In this document: positions 50,637 through 60,280 of the stretch, piece by piece | Layout: the number at the start of each line of letters is the position of its first letter | Position numbering within the stretch: position 1 is the first letter of the stretch | NCBI GenBank assembly: GCA_044225365.1 | Contig: JBGAIQ010000001.1 | Location: 352,001-416,000, forward strand | Reading direction: 5' to 3' | From: Planctomycetota bacterium | GTDB lineage: Bacteria > Planctomycetota > B15-G4 > JADJEK01 | Length of the DNA: 64,000 nucleotides | The notes under the pieces: generated by a model | Seen by the model: only the letters and a program-made list of their open reading frames with translations | Told to the model about the DNA's origin: nothing | Database searches by the model: none | Position numbers and translations under genes: made by a program

Positions 50637-52451
50637 ATGACGTCGCTCCGCGCGCGGCTCCTGTTCGGGATCGTCGCCGCCAACGTGACGGCGCTCTCGG
50701 CGCTCGCACTCGTCGTCGTTCGCGACATCGATCGGCGAGCCGAAGTGGAAGCGCAGCGACGGCAGTCGTATCGCGATCAAATCGTCGAGCGCGCGACCCG
50801 CGAGTTCGAGACGATCCTCGGTGAGCTCGATTTCACCGAGCTCGATTCGACGCGCGGCGACAGCACGAGTTTCTTCAAGGACGTGCTCGAGCGGTCGCAC
50901 TGGTCGCTGGTTCGCGACGCGTTCATCGTGAGCGCGCCGAAGTACGTCGACGAGTATCCGATTCGCAGCAAGATCGAACTCAATCCGCTCGGCGCGCCCG
51001 ACGAGGAGTCCGAGCTGTTGCGAGAGAACGCCCGGCGCGACATGGCCTTGGTCTACAAGGACGAGAAGCACATCACGCGCAACGACGTGGTGGTGGTTCC
51101 GCTCTATGCCGGCAGCGATCGCTCGAATCTCCGCAATCTCCGCAGCGCGGCCTTCGACGTCGCGAACAGTGCGGGACGGCTGGTGTCGGCGCGTTCGAAC
51201 ATCGTCGCGTCGCGGCGGCCGACGATGCGTTCACCGGCCTATCAGCGGTGGCTCACTCGCGCTTTCTGGCTCGCGCCGGAATGGAAGAGCTTCGCCTCGG
51301 CGAGCGACGAGGCGCTCGACCCGCGCGACTGGAACGAACTGCGTTTCGAGGCGCGTCGGTTGCAGGACGAGCTCGAACAGGGCGAGCGGCAAAGGAAGCC
51401 GTGGGGCGCCGCGTACATCCGCGTCGACGTTCCCAAGCTGCCCGAACCGGGTTCGAGCATCGACGTCTCGGTCATCGCCCTCGCGCTCGGCGGCGCGACG
51501 TTGCTCGCGATCGCGTCGCTCTGGCTCCTGCTGCGGCGTCTCGTCCTCGAGCCACTCTCACGCGTGTCCGCCGCCGCGGTCACCGTCGCGTCCGGCGCGC
51601 TCGAAACGCGTCTCGCTCCCACGGGTGACACGCCGGAGATCGATGCGCTCATCGCCAACTTCAACCAAATGACGGCGGAACTCGCCGAGTCGCGCGGCGC
51701 GCTCGAACGGCGCGTCGACGAGGCGCTCGGCAAGCTGCGCGACAGCGAGAAGCGGCTCGTGCTCAACGAGCGACTCGCTGCGATGGGCACGCTCGCGGCC
51801 GGCATCGCGCACGAGATCAACAATCCGCTCGGCGGAACCCTGAACGCGCTGGCGACGCTGAAGCGTCGCATGACGAAGGTGCGCGAACAGGAAGCCGACC
51901 CGGCGACGGTGCGCTACCTCGAGTTGATCGAGGGCGGACTCGGGCGCATGCGAGACGTCGTCGAACGCGTGCTGCGATTCTCGAGGACGAGGCGTGCGAT
52001 CACGCCGCTCGCGCGAATCCTCGACGACTCGGTGTGGTTCGTTCGGCATCGCGTGCGCGAGATGCAGGCGACGCTCCACGTCGAGGTCGCCGAAGACCTC
52101 GCCGTCGACGGTGATCGTGCGGCACTCGGGCAGGTGTTCTTGAATCTGCTCGTCAACGCGCTCGACTCACTCACGGGCGAGGTGCGCGACGTCAAGGTGG
52201 AGGGGTTCGCCGAGGGTGCGCTCGCGATCGTGCGGGTGACCGACACCGGCTGTGGAATGAGTGCCGAGCAGAGCGCGCGGGCGTTCGAGTACTTCTACAC
52301 GACGAAGGTGACGGGGACGGGACTCGGGCTCTCGATCGCCCACCAGATCATCGCCGAGCATGGGGGAACGATCCACCTGACGAGTGTTCCGGGGCAGGGA
52401 ACGCGGTTCGAAGTCCGACTCCCGCTGGCCGGCCGCAACGCCGCCCCGTGA
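50637..52451 (+). CDS. HAMP-domain sensor histidine kinase (NtrB/PilS-like)
   Basis: Two TMs around a large extracytoplasmic region, HAMP domain, AHEINNPL, QVFLNLLVNA, DTGCGM, FYTTK and GTGLGL. Confidence 0.92.
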   Translation: MTSLRARLLFGIVAANVTALSALALVVVRDIDRRAEVEAQRRQSYRDQIVERATREFETILGELDFTELDSTRGDSTSFFKDVLERSHWSLVRDAFIVSAPKYVDEYPIRSKIELNPLGAPDEESELLRENARRDMALVYKDEKHITRNDVVVVPLYAGSDRSNLRNLRSAAFDVANSAGRLVSARSNIVASRRPTMRSPAYQRWLTRAFWLAPEWKSFASASDEALDPRDWNELRFEARRLQDELEQGERQRKPWGAAYIRVDVPKLPEPGSSIDVSVIALALGGATLLAIASLWLLLRRLVLEPLSRVSAAAVTVASGALETRLAPTGDTPEIDALIANFNQMTAELAESRGALERRVDEALGKLRDSEKRLVLNERLAAMGTLAAGIAHEINNPLGGTLNALATLKRRMTKVREQEADPATVRYLELIEGGLGRMRDVVERVLRFSRTRRAITPLARILDDSVWFVRHRVREMQATLHVEVAEDLAVDGDRAALGQVFLNLLVNALDSLTGEVRDVKVEGFAEGALAIVRVTDTGCGMSAEQSARAFEYFYTTKVTGTGLGLSIAHQIIAEHGGTIHLTSVPGQGTRFEVRLPLAGRNAAP

Positions 52452-52735
52452 GATCGGCATCCGGGCGGATGGGACGGGCCCGAGGGGCCGGCGGGCCATA
52501 GAACTCCCTTCCTTTTTCTCGCCATTCTCGGGGCTTACGGTTCTTGCACTCGTCGTGCTGGGAAAGTATCGTTCCGCTGTTCCCCTGCGGTGCCGGTTCG
52601 CTGTCACCGTCGTGGAACTCGCAACTAGATAGGGCGTTCGTGGCGACGCGAGCGTCGCGAGAGTCTCGAAATCCGGTTGCGACGCGATCCGTTTGCTTCG
52701 AGTTCGAAATCCCTGTCCAGGATCCCCCTCGACTC

Positions 52736-53161
52736 ATGTCGGCCCTTCGCGACCACTTCTGTGTCGGCATTGCGTGCGTGGCGATCACTGCATTCGCAGT
52801 GGATCGTCTCGAGCGTGCGTCGCCCGTGAGTGCCGCCGAGCCGACGCCCGCCGGTTCGCAGTTCCTGCTCGAGAGCGGCACCGGCAAGTTCGGCGGTCCG
52901 CTCCTGTTCGTGCTCGACACGAAGAGCAAGGTCCTGAGCGCGTACGAAGCCGAGGGCGGGACCCCTGCGACTCGCGGACTCACCTGGATCGGTGCGCGCA
53001 AGATCGAATGGGACATCAACACGACGTCGTACAACGACAAGTCGGAAGAGTCCTACAGTTCGATGAAGCAGCGCTTCGAGCAGGAGCAGGCGAGACGGAT
53101 CACGGGCGCGGCCGACGACGGATCGGGTTCGCCCGCCGTGCCGGCGAAGGACAAGCACTAG
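52736..53161 (+). CDS. Hypothetical exported protein
   Basis: N-terminal hydrophobic segment; LFVLDTKSKVLSAYE...LTWIGARKIEWD beta-rich core. Confidence 0.7.
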   Translation: MSALRDHFCVGIACVAITAFAVDRLERASPVSAAEPTPAGSQFLLESGTGKFGGPLLFVLDTKSKVLSAYEAEGGTPATRGLTWIGARKIEWDINTTSYNDKSEESYSSMKQRFEQEQARRITGAADDGSGSPAVPAKDKH

Positions 53162-53297
53162 AACACGGATTCGGGAGCGCGTACGGCGGCGGGCCGGGCG
53201 AGTCCGAGTCGATGGACGACTGACGTAATCGGATCGAACGCGATCGCGCATGGCGCGAAGCGGGTCGATCGAAGCGAAGGCCCTACGGAGGCAGATC

Positions 53298-53873
53298 GTG
53301 GCTGAAGACTTCTACTCGTTCGAAAAGGCGCTCCGCGAACTCCACAAGACCGAGGAGGAGCTGAAGAAGCTCGTCTCCGAGGGCGAGATCCGGGCGTTCC
53401 GCGACGAGAGCTCGATGAAGTTCAAGAAAGAGGACATCGACCGCTTCAAGAAGGCGATCGGGTCCGATCTGCCGACCCACGAAGCGCCGACCGGCGAGCT
53501 GCACGAAGAGCTCTTCGGCGACGACTCGGGTTCGGGCAGCGATGACGTCGGGATGGCGACGCAGCAGATCTCGGACTCGTCGTTCCTCGAAGAGGCGACC
53601 GAAGCTCCGCCGACGACTCCGGGTCGCGCCAAGGGTGGCGCGGGTCGGAAGGCGGCGCGGCCGGCGGCCGCGGCTCGCGCGAGCGGTGTCGCGCGCCGGC
53701 GTCCGGAGCCGGTTGCGGCGAGCGACGAAGGCAACGGCATGCGCGCCGTCCTGGTGCTCGCGACGCTGGTTCTGCTCTACGCGGTGGTCGTTGCGGTCAG
53801 CGCGCGCAAGGGCGAGCCGAATGGCATGAGCGAGAGCGTGATGAACATGGCCGCGGGGATGATGAAGCACTGA
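53298..53873 (+). CDS. Excisionase/MerR-like HTH protein with acidic linker and C-terminal TM
   Basis: GGAGG RBS plus GTG; FYSFEKALREL..TEEELKKLVSEGEIRAFRD...KFKKEDID; C-terminal hydrophobic helix. Confidence 0.75.
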   Translation: MAEDFYSFEKALRELHKTEEELKKLVSEGEIRAFRDESSMKFKKEDIDRFKKAIGSDLPTHEAPTGELHEELFGDDSGSGSDDVGMATQQISDSSFLEEATEAPPTTPGRAKGGAGRKAARPAAAARASGVARRRPEPVAASDEGNGMRAVLVLATLVLLYAVVVAVSARKGEPNGMSESVMNMAAGMMKH

Positions 53874-54029
53874 GAGTGCTCGTCGTTCCGCGTCCGAGAC
53901 GGTGACTTTCCGCCTCGGATCGGGTGTCGGTGGCGACACCGTTCGAGGTGCAGTTCGTGGAGCCGTCGTGCGCAAAGCGTGCGGCGGCTTTATCGCTTGG
54001 CGGTGCGTGTGGTCTGTGCGGGAGGCTTG

Positions 54030-54719
54030 ATGATGCGTTTGCAGCAAATACTCATGATGGCGGGCTTGCTCCTGCCGGCCATCGGTTGCGTGAGTCAGGA
54101 GGAGTACAACAAGGCGGTCGATGATCGCAACTCGCTCGAACGTCGGCTGAACGATGCCAGCGGTCAGATCGAGGAGGGTGCGAAGACCATCGAAGGTCTG
54201 AACAGCGAGAACAGCCGCCTGAAGCAGGAGAACGGCACGCTGCGTCAGGCGAACGACTCGGCATCGCGCCGCCTCTCCGACATGGAGAAGCAGGTCGCGG
54301 AGCTGCAGAAGAACACGATCCAGGGTGTCGAGGGCGTCCGCGAGGGCAACACCTTCGTCTATCGCGTCGAAGGCGGCGTGCTCTTCGACTCCGGCAAGTC
54401 GGAGTTGAAGCCGAGCGGCGTCAAGACGCTGAAGGAGATCGCGAGTCTCCTGAAGTCGAACAACTATCAGATCGAAGTCGCGGGTCACACCGACACCGAC
54501 CCGATCAACGCGACCAAGAAGAAGTGGGACGACAACTGGGCCCTCGGAGCGGCGCGTGCCCGTGAAGTCCTTCTTGCGCTCAACAAGGAAGGCATCGGCG
54601 ACGACCGAATGCACCTCAGTTCGTATGGCGAGCATCATCCGATCGCTCCAGGCGACAAGGCGAAGAATCGCCGCGTCGAGATCCGGGTATTCCTCGGAGA
54701 CGTGAAGCCGGGCGGTTGA
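54030..54719 (+). CDS. OmpA/MotB-family peptidoglycan-binding lipoprotein with coiled coil
   Basis: Lipobox PAIGC, heptad region, LFDSGKSEL, GHTD, NWALGAARA, YGEHHP and NRRVEI. Confidence 0.9.
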   Translation: MMRLQQILMMAGLLLPAIGCVSQEEYNKAVDDRNSLERRLNDASGQIEEGAKTIEGLNSENSRLKQENGTLRQANDSASRRLSDMEKQVAELQKNTIQGVEGVREGNTFVYRVEGGVLFDSGKSELKPSGVKTLKEIASLLKSNNYQIEVAGHTDTDPINATKKKWDDNWALGAARAREVLLALNKEGIGDDRMHLSSYGEHHPIAPGDKAKNRRVEIRVFLGDVKPGG

Positions 54720-57082
54720 TGGAGTCTCGCGCGCCGCAACCGCGGCGGCGGATCCCTACGTCGATGGCGATGGCGCGGCGATGGCTGTGGCGTGCGACCC
54801 TGCTTGCGGGGTTGCTGCTCGGTTGCGCCGCGCTCTTGTTTGCATGGCGCCCCGCGCCGGATCCCGGAGCGGAGTCCAACGTCGCGAGCCTCCTGCGCGC
54901 GGTCGAGAAGATGGCGCTCGTCGTCGGCACGAGTTCGAGCGACGAGGTCGCGCCGTTCTTCCTCGATCGGTTCGAGGTGACGAACGCCGAGTACGAGGTG
55001 TTTCGGCGGGCGACCGGTCACCACGCCCCTGGCGGCGGCGCCCCGGATCCGAAAGACGTCGAACGGCTGCCCGTGGTCTTCGTCTCCGCGGCCGATGCCA
55101 AGGCCTATGCGGCCTATCGCGGGAAACGCTTGCCGACCGATCTCGAATGGCTCGCCGCCGCATCGATCGACACCTCGTTCGCGAGCGGCCAGGTGAGTCG
55201 TTACGCCGTCAATCTCCTCGAGACGGGACTCGACGGACCAGCGCGCGTCGGGACGTTCGAGAACGGTCCGACGAGTCGGCTCGAGAACGACAAGGTCTCG
55301 CCGCCATGCTACGACCTGATCGGCAACGTCGCAGAGTGGGCGGAACCGACGAGCGGAAGTACGCCGATCGGCGAGTTCCCGGTCCTCGGTGGATCGTTCC
55401 GCGATTCGTCGTCGAGCTTCGGCCAATTCGGGACGGCATCGACTGCGCCCCAAGATCGTACGTCTTGGATCGGATTCCGTTGCGCATTGGGGGATGCGGA
55501 CGGCTGGCTCGATCGGTTGTTGCGACAGCTCGCCGAACTGCGGCCCGAGACTGCGGCGCGCTTCCACGAACCCTTGCGCCGTTTCGATGGGGCGCTCGAG
55601 CGGTTGCTGCGCTCGCGACGATTTCGCGAGGCATTCGATTCGATGGTTCCGAATGCCGTGCCGACGGCTTCGAATTGGAAGTTCGTTGCGCTCGGTGGGG
55701 GTCGCGCGCTCGCGATCGCGGACGAGACCACCGAGATCGTCGACGTCGTGGGAGGAGTCGTTTCCTCCACGACCGTTCCGATCGCAGTTCGCCATGGAGA
55801 GACCCGGGAAGATCGGATCGGGAACCGGATCTACCTGCCCGGTCTTGAACGCGGCGCGCCTTCGAGCGGCGATCGACTCGCGCTCGGTTTTCGCCTCGAT
55901 GGTCACGTCGAGGTGCTCGCGACCGGAGATCGCGAACCGATGAGGTTGCTCGATTCCAAGGGAATTCCACGGCTCCTCCTGCCCGGTTCCTCCTTGCCCG
56001 AGTGCGTTGCGAGCGCGATCTGGTCGATGTCGCCCGTGGCGTGCCCCGGATCGGAGCAGCGGACGAATCCGCTCGAGATCACCGTGACGGAGAAAGGGAT
56101 TGAAGCCCGCGCGACCGGGTTCGTCGCGGTGGAAGGGGATGTCGCAGCGAATCCGCCGTGCGACGTCGTCTACGTCGTGGGTCCGGCCTCGCCCCAATAC
56201 CTGCAATGGAACTATTCTCGAGACCTGGAGTCGTATCTCGTCGAAGTGGAACTGCTCCTTCCCGAAGTGGATCGAGCCACCGGGAATCTCGCGGTCCTCG
56301 TCGCACTCGCGGCCGAGAATGGCGTCTCCCGTGGTTCGTGGCTCCTGCCCATGCCGTGGGTCGCGGGCGTGGCGGTTCCCGCGCATGGTCGGGATCGAAT
56401 CGTGGTCTTCGGCGGGAATCAGCTCGCGATCGTGGATGATTTGGGATCGGGCGCGCCACGGCTCGTCTCCACGCAGGAGTTGTCCGATGGGGCGCTCGAA
56501 TTCCGAACGGGGAGCCATCGTCTGAACGGGTCGACGATCCTCGAAGCGAACTCCGAACTCGCGACGCTCCAGCTCATGCGGCTCGACGCGAGCGGTCGCG
56601 TCGATCGGACGATGCGGATCACGACCCCCGACGGCGTTCGTTCCTTCGAGACGCGCGCGCTCGGCGACGTTCTCCTCGTTCTCGACAGCGCGGGCGCAAT
56701 GCACTGCGTCGAATCCGATCTCACGGAGCGATGGGTGACGCCGGTCTCGTATTCCTTCGATTCGTGCGATCCGGTCATCGTCGACTACGACGGCGACGGG
56801 GATGCGGAGATCGCGATCCAGATCAGCGGCGACACGGTGGCGTTCGTCGACCTCGCGACGGGTCACGAGGACGATCGCGTGATCACGACGGGGACGAACC
56901 TCCAAGTACTGATCGCGGGCGCCTTCTCCGATGCAGCAACGAGTACTTTGCCGCACGGAGTGACCATCGGGATGACCGACGCGGGTTTCTACCGTCTGCG
57001 CGCTCCTGCGACGCGAACGGACGCCGTCGCGCGCGAACTCCTCGGCGTTTTCGCCCGCACCAAGCGCGAGGGTCCCCCTTGA
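54719..57082 (+). CDS. FGE-sulfatase (SUMF1/PvdO-like) domain protein with C-terminal beta-propeller/FG-GAP-like region
   Basis: DRFEVTNAEY, PVVFVS..DA.AYA...GKRLPT..EW, YDLIGNVAEW, IGFRC and DYDGDGDAEI; TGATG coupling to the upstream gene. Confidence 0.78.
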   Translation: MESRAPQPRRRIPTSMAMARRWLWRATLLAGLLLGCAALLFAWRPAPDPGAESNVASLLRAVEKMALVVGTSSSDEVAPFFLDRFEVTNAEYEVFRRATGHHAPGGGAPDPKDVERLPVVFVSAADAKAYAAYRGKRLPTDLEWLAAASIDTSFASGQVSRYAVNLLETGLDGPARVGTFENGPTSRLENDKVSPPCYDLIGNVAEWAEPTSGSTPIGEFPVLGGSFRDSSSSFGQFGTASTAPQDRTSWIGFRCALGDADGWLDRLLRQLAELRPETAARFHEPLRRFDGALERLLRSRRFREAFDSMVPNAVPTASNWKFVALGGGRALAIADETTEIVDVVGGVVSSTTVPIAVRHGETREDRIGNRIYLPGLERGAPSSGDRLALGFRLDGHVEVLATGDREPMRLLDSKGIPRLLLPGSSLPECVASAIWSMSPVACPGSEQRTNPLEITVTEKGIEARATGFVAVEGDVAANPPCDVVYVVGPASPQYLQWNYSRDLESYLVEVELLLPEVDRATGNLAVLVALAAENGVSRGSWLLPMPWVAGVAVPAHGRDRIVVFGGNQLAIVDDLGSGAPRLVSTQELSDGALEFRTGSHRLNGSTILEANSELATLQLMRLDASGRVDRTMRITTPDGVRSFETRALGDVLLVLDSAGAMHCVESDLTERWVTPVSYSFDSCDPVIVDYDGDGDAEIAIQISGDTVAFVDLATGHEDDRVITTGTNLQVLIAGAFSDAATSTLPHGVTIGMTDAGFYRLRAPATRTDAVARELLGVFARTKREGPP

Positions 57083-58023
57083 CCGACGAGGGTCGTCTCG
57101 AGCCGCCCTCGCTCGCGGCGATCCGGGCCGCTCTCGCGGCATCCGGCGGAACCGCGAAGCGCTCCTACGGGCAGCACTTCCTGCACGATCCCGGATTGCT
57201 CTCGAGAATCGTCGACGCGGCGACGCTCGAGCCGGGCGACGTGGTGCTCGAGATCGGGCCGGGCCCCGGCGTGCTCACCGCGTCCCTGCTCGCAAGGGGA
57301 GTCCGAGTCGTCGCGGTCGAAGCCGATCCCACGATGATCGACGTGCTCCAGCGCCTGCTCGGATCGCACGACGATCTCGACGTCCTCGAGTGCGACGCGT
57401 TGAAGGAGCGCCCCGCGCCCGGCCCCTCGATCCGCGCGGCGATCGCCGCCAAGCGACCGCCGCGTACCTACTCGCTCGTCGCGAACCTGCCGTATCAGAT
57501 CGCTTCGCCTTTGCTCGTCGATGTCTTCGAGAGCGAGGCGCCGCGGGTGGCCGTCGTCATGATCCAGCGCGAGGTGAGTCAACGCCTGAAGGCCGCCCCG
57601 GACACCGAGGCGTACGGGCTGCTCTCCGTGATGATCCAGCTCAGAGCGTCCGTGGAGGAGATCGCGCGGGTGAAGCCCGGCGCGTTCTGGCCACCTCCCA
57701 AGGTCGACTCGAGCGTCGTGCGCCTCTTGCCCCGTGCCCCCGACGCGCTCTCCTCGCGGATCGCGAGGCTGCCCCCCAACGGTCTCCACGCCACCCTTCG
57801 ACGAGCCTTCGGCGAGCGCCGCAAGACGCTCGAGAACAACTTGTTGCGGGATTCGCCGTGCGACCGCGAGGCCTTGGCAGCCGCTCTCGAGGGGGGCGGA
57901 TTCCGCCGTGGGAGGCGGGCCGAGACGCTCGCGCCGGAGGAGTTCGTCACCCTCGCCGAGCTGCTCGCGGCCTGTGAAACGCCGGGTGACGACGCGCGGA
58001 TGAAACGGCGGCACGAAGACTGA
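57079..58023 (+). CDS. rsmA: 16S rRNA m6,2A dimethyltransferase
   Basis: YGQHFL, VLEIGPGPG, VANLPYQIASP, MIQREV, FWPPPKVDSSVV and FGERRKTL. Confidence 0.95.
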   Translation: MTDEGRLEPPSLAAIRAALAASGGTAKRSYGQHFLHDPGLLSRIVDAATLEPGDVVLEIGPGPGVLTASLLARGVRVVAVEADPTMIDVLQRLLGSHDDLDVLECDALKERPAPGPSIRAAIAAKRPPRTYSLVANLPYQIASPLLVDVFESEAPRVAVVMIQREVSQRLKAAPDTEAYGLLSVMIQLRASVEEIARVKPGAFWPPPKVDSSVVRLLPRAPDALSSRIARLPPNGLHATLRRAFGERRKTLENNLLRDSPCDREALAAALEGGGFRRGRRAETLAPEEFVTLAELLAACETPGDDARMKRRHED

Positions 58024-58240
58024 TGCGACGAGCAGAACCGCACTATGCGAGATGGCCCGTTTCGCTATAATGTTGGCGGTGTTGACGTGTGGCGGTTGTT
58101 CGAGCGCCGGTGACGGAAGCGGGCCAGCGCTCCTCGTCTCTCCGTCGTCGGAATCTGCGTCGTCGAGACGGTGGTCCCGACCGCTCTGCAAGCGATCTCG
58201 CATCTAGGTCCCATTCCATTCTCGCGGAAACGCGGCGGCG

Positions 58241-60172
58241 GTGAATCCGTCTTCGCGCCCGGAAGGTGCCGTGCCGTTCGATCCCAACCTGAATCGAGGC
58301 AAGGACAGGGGCAACGACCTCGTCGAGCGAGTGCGGTCCGCGCTCGACATCGTCGACGTCGCGCAGACCTACTTCCCGGTGACGCGACGCGGCGCGAGCT
58401 TCATCGCGCTCTGTCCATTCCATCGCGAGAAGACGCCCTCGTTCCATCTGCACACGGCGCGCCAGACCTTCAAGTGCTTCGGTTGTCAGAAGGGCGGCGA
58501 CATCTTCACTCTCGTGATGGAGATCGACAAACTCTCCTTCCGTGAGGCCTTGAAGGTCCTCGCGCAGCGCGCCGGAATTCCGGTTTCCGACTACGAGAAT
58601 CCTCGATTCGCGAAAGCGGAAGAGAAGCGTCTCAAGCTGTTCACGATCCTGAAGCACGCCGAAGAGTTCTACCGCGATCAACTTCGCGGGAGCGCGGGGA
58701 CGATGGCACGCGACTATCTCGCGCGTCGTGGGTTCTCGAAGGACGCGATCGAGTCGTTCGGCATCGGCTTCGCGCCGGCCGAGTGGCGCGCCCTGTTGAC
58801 GCACCTCCTCGCGCGCGGACACGCCGAAGAGGACACGATCCGGGCCGGCGTCATCAAGCACAACGAAGAGAAAGGGCGGTCCTACGATCTCCTGCGGCGG
58901 CGGATCGTGATTCCGATCCGCGACTCGCGGGGCCGCTGCGTCGCATTCGGCGGACGCGTGCTCGACGACGCGCCGGAGGACTCGGGTCCCAAGTACTTGA
59001 ACACCGGCGAAACCGAGTTGTTCTCGAAGCGGCAGGTGTTGTTCGGGTTCGATCGGGCCCGCGACGAGGCTTCGCAGCGTGGCGCGTTCGTCGTCGTCGA
59101 AGGCTATCTCGATGTGATCGCGTCGCATCAGCATGGCGCGAGGAACGTCGTAGCGACTCTCGGCACCTCTCTGACCGGCGAGCACGCGCAGATCCTGCGT
59201 CGTTATGCAAGTCGAGTCGTGCTGCTCTTCGATCCCGACGAAGGCGGTCAACGCGGCACCGATCGTGGCGCCGCGATCCTGCTGCGCGAGGGATTCGACG
59301 TCCGCGTCGGCAGCCTGCCCGACGGTCTCGATCCCGACGAATATCTCGAGAAACACGGACTCGTCGCCTTCCAGGCCTTCCTCGCCGAGAAGACCGAAGA
59401 ACTCGTCGAGTACCTGGTGCGCAGGGCGCGCGAGCGCGCGCTCTCGAACGAGGGCGGTGACGCCGCTTCGGCGCGCGCCGCCCGCGAAGTTCTGCAGTTC
59501 CTCGGACAGATCGCGGATCCGCTCCAGCGCGATCTGCTCGCGGCGCGCGTGGCCCGCGAATTCGGTCTCGACGAAACCGTCGTGCGACGAACCGCCGCAG
59601 AGATGGTGCGAGCCGAGTCGCGAAATGAGAATCGCTCCGCAACGGGCCATTTCGACGACGAATCGAGTTCGCAGCGCCTCGGGCCCGCCGCGCCGCTCGC
59701 GGGCTGGGAGCAAGATGAAGTTTTTGCCCTGCACGGGGCGCTGACGTGTGCAAAACTTGCGTGCCGCGCAGCGCAAGAGCTAACAGAGTCCGACTTCAGG
59801 GATCCCGGCCGGCAACGCGTGTTGAATGCGTTGATTCGACTCGTGGACGAGGGCACTACACCCGCCCCCTCCCTGCTGGCGGAAGTACTCAAGGAGGACA
59901 TCCAAGCCGCTCTCGCCCTCTCGAAGGTGGTGGCTGCCGACGTTCCGGACGTTCCGGGCGACGACAGCCTCGGGCGCGCCATGGATGCCTTGATCCGTCG
60001 GCGCAAGGACTTCGAGTACAAGAAGTTGCGAGACGAAGCAACGAAGAGCGGTGCGCTGCGTAGTAGCGATGATTCGGAGGTCGAGCGGCAACTCGAGGAG
60101 TTGTCGCGCTTCCAAGCCGAGCGCTACCAGCGATTGAAAGACGCCCGGCGCGGTCGCGCCGAAGGCGGATGA
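58241..60172 (+). CDS. dnaG: DNA primase
   Basis: CPFHREKTPSF...CFGC zinc finger, FGGR, PKYLN, TOPRIM VVEGYLDVI and LFDPD, and DPDE. Start may be GTG 58271; TATAAT at 58066-58071. Confidence 0.96.
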   Translation: MNPSSRPEGAVPFDPNLNRGKDRGNDLVERVRSALDIVDVAQTYFPVTRRGASFIALCPFHREKTPSFHLHTARQTFKCFGCQKGGDIFTLVMEIDKLSFREALKVLAQRAGIPVSDYENPRFAKAEEKRLKLFTILKHAEEFYRDQLRGSAGTMARDYLARRGFSKDAIESFGIGFAPAEWRALLTHLLARGHAEEDTIRAGVIKHNEEKGRSYDLLRRRIVIPIRDSRGRCVAFGGRVLDDAPEDSGPKYLNTGETELFSKRQVLFGFDRARDEASQRGAFVVVEGYLDVIASHQHGARNVVATLGTSLTGEHAQILRRYASRVVLLFDPDEGGQRGTDRGAAILLREGFDVRVGSLPDGLDPDEYLEKHGLVAFQAFLAEKTEELVEYLVRRARERALSNEGGDAASARAAREVLQFLGQIADPLQRDLLAARVAREFGLDETVVRRTAAEMVRAESRNENRSATGHFDDESSSQRLGPAAPLAGWEQDEVFALHGALTCAKLACRAAQELTESDFRDPGRQRVLNALIRLVDEGTTPAPSLLAEVLKEDIQAALALSKVVAADVPDVPGDDSLGRAMDALIRRRKDFEYKKLRDEATKSGALRSSDDSEVERQLEELSRFQAERYQRLKDARRGRAEGG

Positions 60173-60280
60173 CGAACAAGGGCCGGCCATCGCCGGTCCG
60201 CAGTTGAGTGGACTCCGACTCGGGTTCGAGTCGAAGTCGGAATCGATCGGCCCGAGTGACGGGCTAGAAGGTGCGAGATC

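Noticed and set aside
53298-53460. Prophage excisionase
   Set aside because: The HTH is fused to a membrane anchor and no phage genes are present.
54030-54719. Flagellar stator MotB
   Set aside because: It has a lipobox instead of the Asp-containing TM helix, and there is no motA or flagellar gene nearby.
58045-58203. ATGCGAGAT/ATCTCGCAT inverted repeat upstream of dnaG as MITE ends
   Set aside because: Only 9 bp, no target duplication and no second copy seen.
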